Source of the DNA: Gemmatimonadota bacterium
Lineage (GTDB): Bacteria; Gemmatimonadota; Gemmatimonadetes; Palauibacterales; Palauibacteraceae
Direction: 5' to 3'
Assembly: GCA_039588275.1 (NCBI GenBank)
Contig: JBDHAC010000017.1
Location: 42,246-106,245 of the forward strand
Length of the DNA stretch: 64,000 nt
The position numbers were made by a program, and so were the translations under genes. Below, piece after piece: positions 59,446 through 64,000 of the stretch. Within the stretch, counting starts at the first letter, position 1. Every line of letters starts with the position of its first letter. Under the pieces are notes generated by a model. The model did no database searches, had not been told where the DNA came from, and saw only the letters and a program-made list of their open reading frames with translations.

Positions 59446-60117
59446 TCAGTCGCGGGGAGGGCGCGCCCATTGGCCGGCGGTCTCGGTCCGCGCCAGCCTG
59501 TCGGGTGAAGGCGGCCCCGGCGCGATGGCCTGCTGGGCGAAGTGTTGCACCTCGCTCAGCGTCCACCAGCACCAGGTGGTTCCGTCGACCGATACCACGA
59601 TGAACGGGTGTCGGAGACGCTCGGCCGTCTCGATGTCGGTGTCGGACAGGACGCACAGCCACCGCGCGCGCCGCTCGGGGTCGTCGAGCAACCCACGGGC
59701 GATCGGGCGGATGCTGCCTGATCCCAGCTCGGCGGGATGGTTGTGCCACGAAGCGAGCGTGGTGCGGGGGCAGGCGTCGAACGACGAGCGCGTCGGCGTG
59801 GAGAGCCGCGGCGTCGGCATGACGAAATCGCTCGCGTACGCGGTGTCACCCGCGAGGCGCCCCGTCAGGCAAAGCACGATCTCGTTGTGCAGCCCATCGG
59901 CGAGGGTCTGGATCTTGGCCAGCAGATCGGGCTCCAGGACGAGCTCCACGGGTCGTCCGGCTTCGGCGCCGCCGAAGCGTGACACGACCAGGAGAAAGCC
60001 GGCGACCAGACCTGCGCTTCGGGTGAAGCGGTGGGGAGTAGGCGAGCGCCCAATCGAGACGCGGCGTCGAACAACGCGCCTTCTAGGGGTTGTCCCGTGT
60101 TCTCGGATCTCCTCCAC
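59446..60117 (-). CDS. Hypothetical protein with JAB/MPN+-like motif and signal-like segment
   Basis: NEIVLCL ... WHNHP ... LSDTD; hydrophobic AGLVAGFLLVV near the N-terminus; start uncertain. Confidence 0.6.
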   Translation of the reverse strand: MEEIREHGTTPRRRVVRRRVSIGRSPTPHRFTRSAGLVAGFLLVVSRFGGAEAGRPVELVLEPDLLAKIQTLADGLHNEIVLCLTGRLAGDTAYASDFVMPTPRLSTPTRSSFDACPRTTLASWHNHPAELGSGSIRPIARGLLDDPERRARWLCVLSDTDIETAERLRHPFIVVSVDGTTWCWWTLSEVQHFAQQAIAPGPPSPDRLARTETAGQWARPPRD

Positions 60118-60344
60118 CGCTCCTCCCGACCCAACCGTCCGAGCCAGTGCTCGTCATCGGGTATGATCGGCAGGAAACGGGCCGGATCGCTGGCACGCGA
60201 GCTCGTCCAACTCGTCCCGTCGCGGGAACGCAACCTGTTGTCCGTGTGGGCGATACGAAGTCGGTCCGTCGGCTGGCTACCGGTGCGTCGAAAGCCGGTA
60301 CGCGGAGAACGCGACACACCCGAGCAATCTGCCTTGCGGGGCGG

Positions 60345-60890
60345 CTACCCCCCAAGATAGAAGGACGTCCCGATCAGAAAGCGGAGCTCGTGGGCAGCGT
60401 CGAGTCGACTCGTCTCGAACGTCCGCAGGTAGTCCGTCTCGAGTCGGATCCCCACCACGCGCCGGATCGGCAACTTGACCCCGAGACCGCCGAGCACGAA
60501 TCCCTGGCCTGTCGTGTCGTCGTCGACGTGCACGAAGCGACCACCTCCACCCACGATGAGGTACGCTCGCGCGTGGGTCGCGTCGCCGGTGAAGTGATAC
60601 GAGACCGAAACCTCACCGTTTCCGGATGAGACGGTCTCACCGGAGACGTCGATCAGTCTGAAGCCGAGTCCCAGCTCGACGAGCGTCCGGTCGCTCGCGT
60701 AGGTGCCGAACCGGAAGCGGCCGAACGGGACATCTACCGTCGTGGTGTTGTCACCGTCGTCGGGGATCGAGATTGTGACGCCCGCATCGATCCCCATCTC
60801 GACGTCCGGGGATTGCGCGGCGGCGCTTCCACCCACGGCCACCAGCCCCAGGATGGGGATGCAGTATGCCGCCATCGGAGGTGATCTCAC
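60345..60890 (-). CDS. Small outer-membrane beta-barrel protein
   Basis: Signal peptide ending SAAA-Q; alternating beta strands; C-terminal GTSFYLGG. Confidence 0.75.
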   Translation of the reverse strand: MRSPPMAAYCIPILGLVAVGGSAAAQSPDVEMGIDAGVTISIPDDGDNTTTVDVPFGRFRFGTYASDRTLVELGLGFRLIDVSGETVSSGNGEVSVSYHFTGDATHARAYLIVGGGGRFVHVDDDTTGQGFVLGGLGVKLPIRRVVGIRLETDYLRTFETSRLDAAHELRFLIGTSFYLGG

Positions 60891-61099
60891 GATAGCCTCT
60901 CCTTCCGGTCCGAACCTTTTCGTCAGGTCGAAGGTTCTCGAAAGGTACCGAGTGGAGACGCGGGTGGCATCAAGAAAGCCTTAGGTCCGGCCCGGAGAGT
61001 ATTGGGTCTGGCCTGGAAGGAGGTGAGGAACGCATGTTGGCGCCTTCGTCTTCGTCAATGTATCGACGTTCCGTATCTCAAATGCCGTAGGAGGTAGCA

Positions 61100-62566
61100 G
61101 TGCCCCGTCCTCTCAGCATGACCAGTTGGCGTTTCGCATCCGTGGCCCGGTGTCTGGCCGCGACGCTCACCGCCGTGGCAGTGATCGGCGCGCTCCCGCA
61201 GCCCGGGCAAGCCCAGGCCCAGGACGCGCGTCTGGAGCTGACCACATCGTCGGACGTCGCCAAAGAGCACTTCTGGGCAGGAGTCCGCGACCAGAGAAAC
61301 GTGTTCCCCGCCGGAGCCGCGGCGCACTTCGAGCAGGCGCTCGAGGCCGACCCCGGCCTGGGGCTCGCGATCGTATTTCACGGCTTCGTCAAGCCCGGGC
61401 TGACCGGTGCCGAGCGACAGGAAAGAATCGGAGAAGGCCTCGCTGCCATGAGCGGCGTCTCGAGCAACGAGATGTTGATCGGGCTCGCGATCCGGGAGTG
61501 GGCCTCCGGGAACGCTCCGATCGCCGGCCGGCTGTTTCAGACGGCGAGCGAGCTGATGCCTGCCGATCCATACGTGGCGAGTCTCGCGACTCAGCTGGCG
61601 GGGGCGCGCGGCGACCAGACCGACGTCATCACCCGCCTGCAGAACCTCGCGACCCAATTCCCCGAGCTCGCGTCGCCTCACAACAACATCGCGTACACGC
61701 AATGGGCCCGTGGAAATCAGGGGGCAGCCATCGCGTCCGTGCGGACCTACGTGGAGATGCTGCCCGATCATCCGAACCCGCGCGACTCGTACGCCGAGCT
61801 GCTTCAGTGGGGCGGGCATTACCGACAAGCCCTGGACGAGTACCAGAGGGCAGCCGAGCTCGACCCGACGTTCGACCAGGCATACATGGGGGCGGCAGAG
61901 ATCCTGTACCTCGTGGGGCAGGCGGACGCCGCGCGAGAGCAGATCGCGCTCGGCATCGAGCACGCGCCCGCGCCCGGGGGCCGGGTGGCCGCCATGCGAG
62001 CGATGGCGAACACGTACATGCTCGACGGCGATCGCGACAACGCGATGGGATACCTCGAACAGGCGGTCGCCGCTGCGGAGGCTGCCGGGCTCAACGGCGC
62101 GGCGGCCTTCTCGCACGAACAGGCGGCCCTGACCAACTCGGTGATCGGAGACGGTAGCTTCGTGGAGGAGCACCTGGAGCAAGCGGCCGGGCTGAGGAGC
62201 TCACCCGCTCCGGTCAATCTCGGAGCGGCGGGTCTCGCATACGCCGCGTCGGGCGATGGCGCTCGCGCCCGTGAGGCCTCGGCGGCGCTCGCCGAAGCAT
62301 CCAGCGGAGCCTTCTGGCAGAGCATCTCGCACGCCATCAACGCGATGGTCCTTCTGGGGGAGGGTCAGACCGAGATGGCCCTGGAAGAGCTCAACCAAGC
62401 GAATCCCAACGACCCCATCGTGCAGTCGCTGTTGGCGGAGTGCTACGAGAACATGAACCTGCCGATGGCCGCCGCCGCCCAGCGCGAGAACGTGACGGGC
62501 AACCGGCAGATCAACCTCGCCAATCCGTTCTGGGCGTTCGGCGTGTCTAGAGCGCGCGGGGATTGA
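61100..62566 (+). CDS. Exported tetratricopeptide-repeat protein
   Basis: AGGAGG SD; signal peptide; TTSS..A motif; TPR-like repeats (P.HPNP.DSYAE, A..LDP.F). Confidence 0.85.
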   Translation: MPRPLSMTSWRFASVARCLAATLTAVAVIGALPQPGQAQAQDARLELTTSSDVAKEHFWAGVRDQRNVFPAGAAAHFEQALEADPGLGLAIVFHGFVKPGLTGAERQERIGEGLAAMSGVSSNEMLIGLAIREWASGNAPIAGRLFQTASELMPADPYVASLATQLAGARGDQTDVITRLQNLATQFPELASPHNNIAYTQWARGNQGAAIASVRTYVEMLPDHPNPRDSYAELLQWGGHYRQALDEYQRAAELDPTFDQAYMGAAEILYLVGQADAAREQIALGIEHAPAPGGRVAAMRAMANTYMLDGDRDNAMGYLEQAVAAAEAAGLNGAAAFSHEQAALTNSVIGDGSFVEEHLEQAAGLRSSPAPVNLGAAGLAYAASGDGARAREASAALAEASSGAFWQSISHAINAMVLLGEGQTEMALEELNQANPNDPIVQSLLAECYENMNLPMAAAAQRENVTGNRQINLANPFWAFGVSRARGD

Positions 62567-62790
62567 GCAGCCGGCCGGCGGCGCGGTAGGACTTCCTCGC
62601 TCGCAGCGGACGCACGCGGCGGGAGCGGCGGAACGTGCCGTCACGTTCCCGGCTACGACACACACCGCGCGCGTCGTTGGGGGCGTCCGAGCGCTCGCTG
62701 CGGAGTCCTACCATCGCCGCTTGTGAGCGCCCCGCATTCAGCCCTGTTCGCGGCCGTCGATGACGACTGGTCGCTCTCATGGACCGATGT

Positions 62791-62822
62791 GCGAAGAGCC
62801 CCGGGTTTCCGGGGCTCTTCGC
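62791..62822. terminator. 14-bp hairpin downstream of the tRNA 3' fragment
   Basis: GCGAAGAGCCCCGG-GTTT-CCGGGGCTCTTCGC. Confidence 0.75.
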
Positions 62823-62845
62823 GTTTCCTGACGTGGGCGCAGGAA

Positions 62846-62887
62846 TGGGCCCGGCAGGACTCGAACCTGCGACCTTGGGATTATGAG
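62846..62887 (-). repeat. 3' fragment of a CAU-anticodon tRNA (probably Ile2), att site
   Basis: Reverse complement CTCATAATCCCAAGGTCGCAGGTTCGAGTCCTGCCGGGCCCA has anticodon loop, T-arm and 3' acceptor strand; no D-arm or 5' acceptor strand upstream. Confidence 0.88.
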
Positions 62888-63049
62888 CCCACGTCCCCCA
62901 CGGAAACAGGACGCGGGTTCTCGCGCGATTCATAGCGGTTTCCGGCGGATGCCGATTCGGCCCGTTTTCCGCCCTACCCACTGATTTCCGGCAAAGACAT
63001 GGCAAAGACAAAGCCCGGCGTGGGGCCGGGCCGGAACCAGGTGTGTGGG

Positions 63050-63835
63050 ATGGGCAGCAGCGCAAACGTGAAATACAAATGGCTGGACCGGATCAAATCG
63101 GATCACGGGCCACCAGACGCTAAGGACCGCTGGCTCCTGGTTTGCTTGGGCGGTTGGATGCGAACGGATGGTGCGTGGTCCGACAAGCTGCCGACGTATG
63201 CCGTGTTGGCCCGGCAGACCGGGTTCAGCCTACCTACGGTCAAGGAGCGCATGGGAAGGCTGAACGGCGTCTGGTTCCAGCGCCAGAAGGAAGGCCGCCA
63301 ATATCGATACCGGCCGCGCTTCCCCAGACCAGACGAGGTCCAGACGATGCCATCGCTCGGCACCATCAGAGAACGGAAAAGGGCTACCAGTTCGTATCCC
63401 TATCAAAAGGGCTACCAGTCTGTAGCTGTATCGGAAACGGATAGGGCTACCGAAGCGCCGGATAGGGATACCAGCTCGCACCCCATAAACGGCTACCAGC
63501 CGGTATCCCCTATACCTATCCCTAAGGATAGACCTAGCACGCCGACGCGCTCGCCCTCGATGGGCCGCGCGCGCGCGGCGCTTCCAGAACGAGCTGCCGA
63601 CGGCCGGTGTCTCGAGTGCGGAACGTTCGCGACCTGCCGTCCCTGCCAGACACAGCTCCGCGAAGATGCATCTCGGGGGGAGCCTGAGGCTGACACCGAA
63701 GCCGCGCCCGAACCCCCGGACCAGCCCCCGGCATCGGATACGCACACGACCTGCCCGAGCTGTGGGGGCGGGATGCGTGCCGGCCCTGACCGATGTGAAA
63801 CCTGCACGGCCGTTGCGGCAGGGATGGCGGCGTGA
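63050..63835 (+). CDS. Phage/plasmid-like HTH replication initiator candidate with C-terminal Cys clusters
   Basis: PTYAVLARQTGFSLPTVKERMGRL winged-HTH pattern; internal DNA repeats; CLECGTFATCRPC and CPSC...CETC. Start 62999 or 63050. Confidence 0.6.
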   Translation: MGSSANVKYKWLDRIKSDHGPPDAKDRWLLVCLGGWMRTDGAWSDKLPTYAVLARQTGFSLPTVKERMGRLNGVWFQRQKEGRQYRYRPRFPRPDEVQTMPSLGTIRERKRATSSYPYQKGYQSVAVSETDRATEAPDRDTSSHPINGYQPVSPIPIPKDRPSTPTRSPSMGRARAALPERAADGRCLECGTFATCRPCQTQLREDASRGEPEADTEAAPEPPDQPPASDTHTTCPSCGGGMRAGPDRCETCTAVAAGMAA

Positions 63836-63851
63836 TGGTTGGGCTGGAAAA

Positions 63852-63880
63852 GGGGGCGGCCCCCCGAAGGAACCGCCCCC
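63852..63880 (-). terminator. UUCG-tetraloop terminator
   Basis: Minus strand GGGGGCGGTTCC-TTCG-GGGGCCGCCCCC followed by TTTT. Confidence 0.7.
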
Positions 63881-63915
63881 GTCACGCACCGATTCAAGCT
63901 GGGCCTATTCCAAAG

Positions 63916-64000
63916 CTACTTGCATTCGACGCTGAAGTTGTCCACCAAGGCGGTCACGTCACCGTTGGCATTGATGGTAATGTGGGAGTTCTGGTGGACG
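63916..64000 (-). CDS. C-terminal end of a hypothetical protein (partial, runs off the window)
   Basis: Minus frame VHQNSHITINANGDVTALVDNFSVECK*, followed by a terminator. Confidence 0.55.
   Translation of the reverse strand, partial: VHQNSHITINANGDVTALVDNFSVECK

Larger units (their letters stand above)
62846..64000. mobile_element. Left end of a tRNA-integrated element (prophage/satellite/ICE-like), continuing beyond the window
   Basis: tRNA 3' fragment; GGCAAAGACA direct repeat at 62990/63001; replication-initiator-like gene. Confidence 0.7.

Noticed and set aside
62846..62920. Complete tRNA-Met/Ile
   Set aside because: No D-arm or 5' acceptor strand, and the anticodon stem does not pair.

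Overview
High-GC bacterial chromosomal segment. Gene content and protein families suggest Gemmatimonadota (inference). The core (about 7.8-47 kb, nearly all minus strand) is housekeeping: tRNA-Cys, recN-nadK-ispA-xseBA-folD-rny, 6S RNA, zapA, pheST, rplT-rpmI-infC, thrS, CIRCE-controlled groESL, coaX-birA-nadC-uppP-bshA-miaA-mutL-tatD-secFD. It is interspersed with secreted/lipoprotein peptidases, a TonB-dependent receptor and stress genes. Both ends carry integrative-element traces that the ORF track does not show. Left: a ~3.8 kb islet sits in tRNA-Leu(CAA) with a duplicated 5' half rather than the usual 3' half. It keeps a tyrosine-integrase C-terminal remnant next to the restored tRNA, and an element-encoded antisense copy of the tRNA 5' end closes the orphan half into a hairpin. 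Right: a 3' fragment of a CAU-anticodon tRNA marks the start of a second element, whose first gene is an HTH replication-initiator-like protein with internal iteron-like repeats. Other candidates include two structured intergenic RNAs, an apparently exported JAB/MPN+ protein, a sigma54 promoter for Hsp20, a likely CUG start codon and a frameshifted kinase. All calls were made by eye; no searches or folding programs were run.
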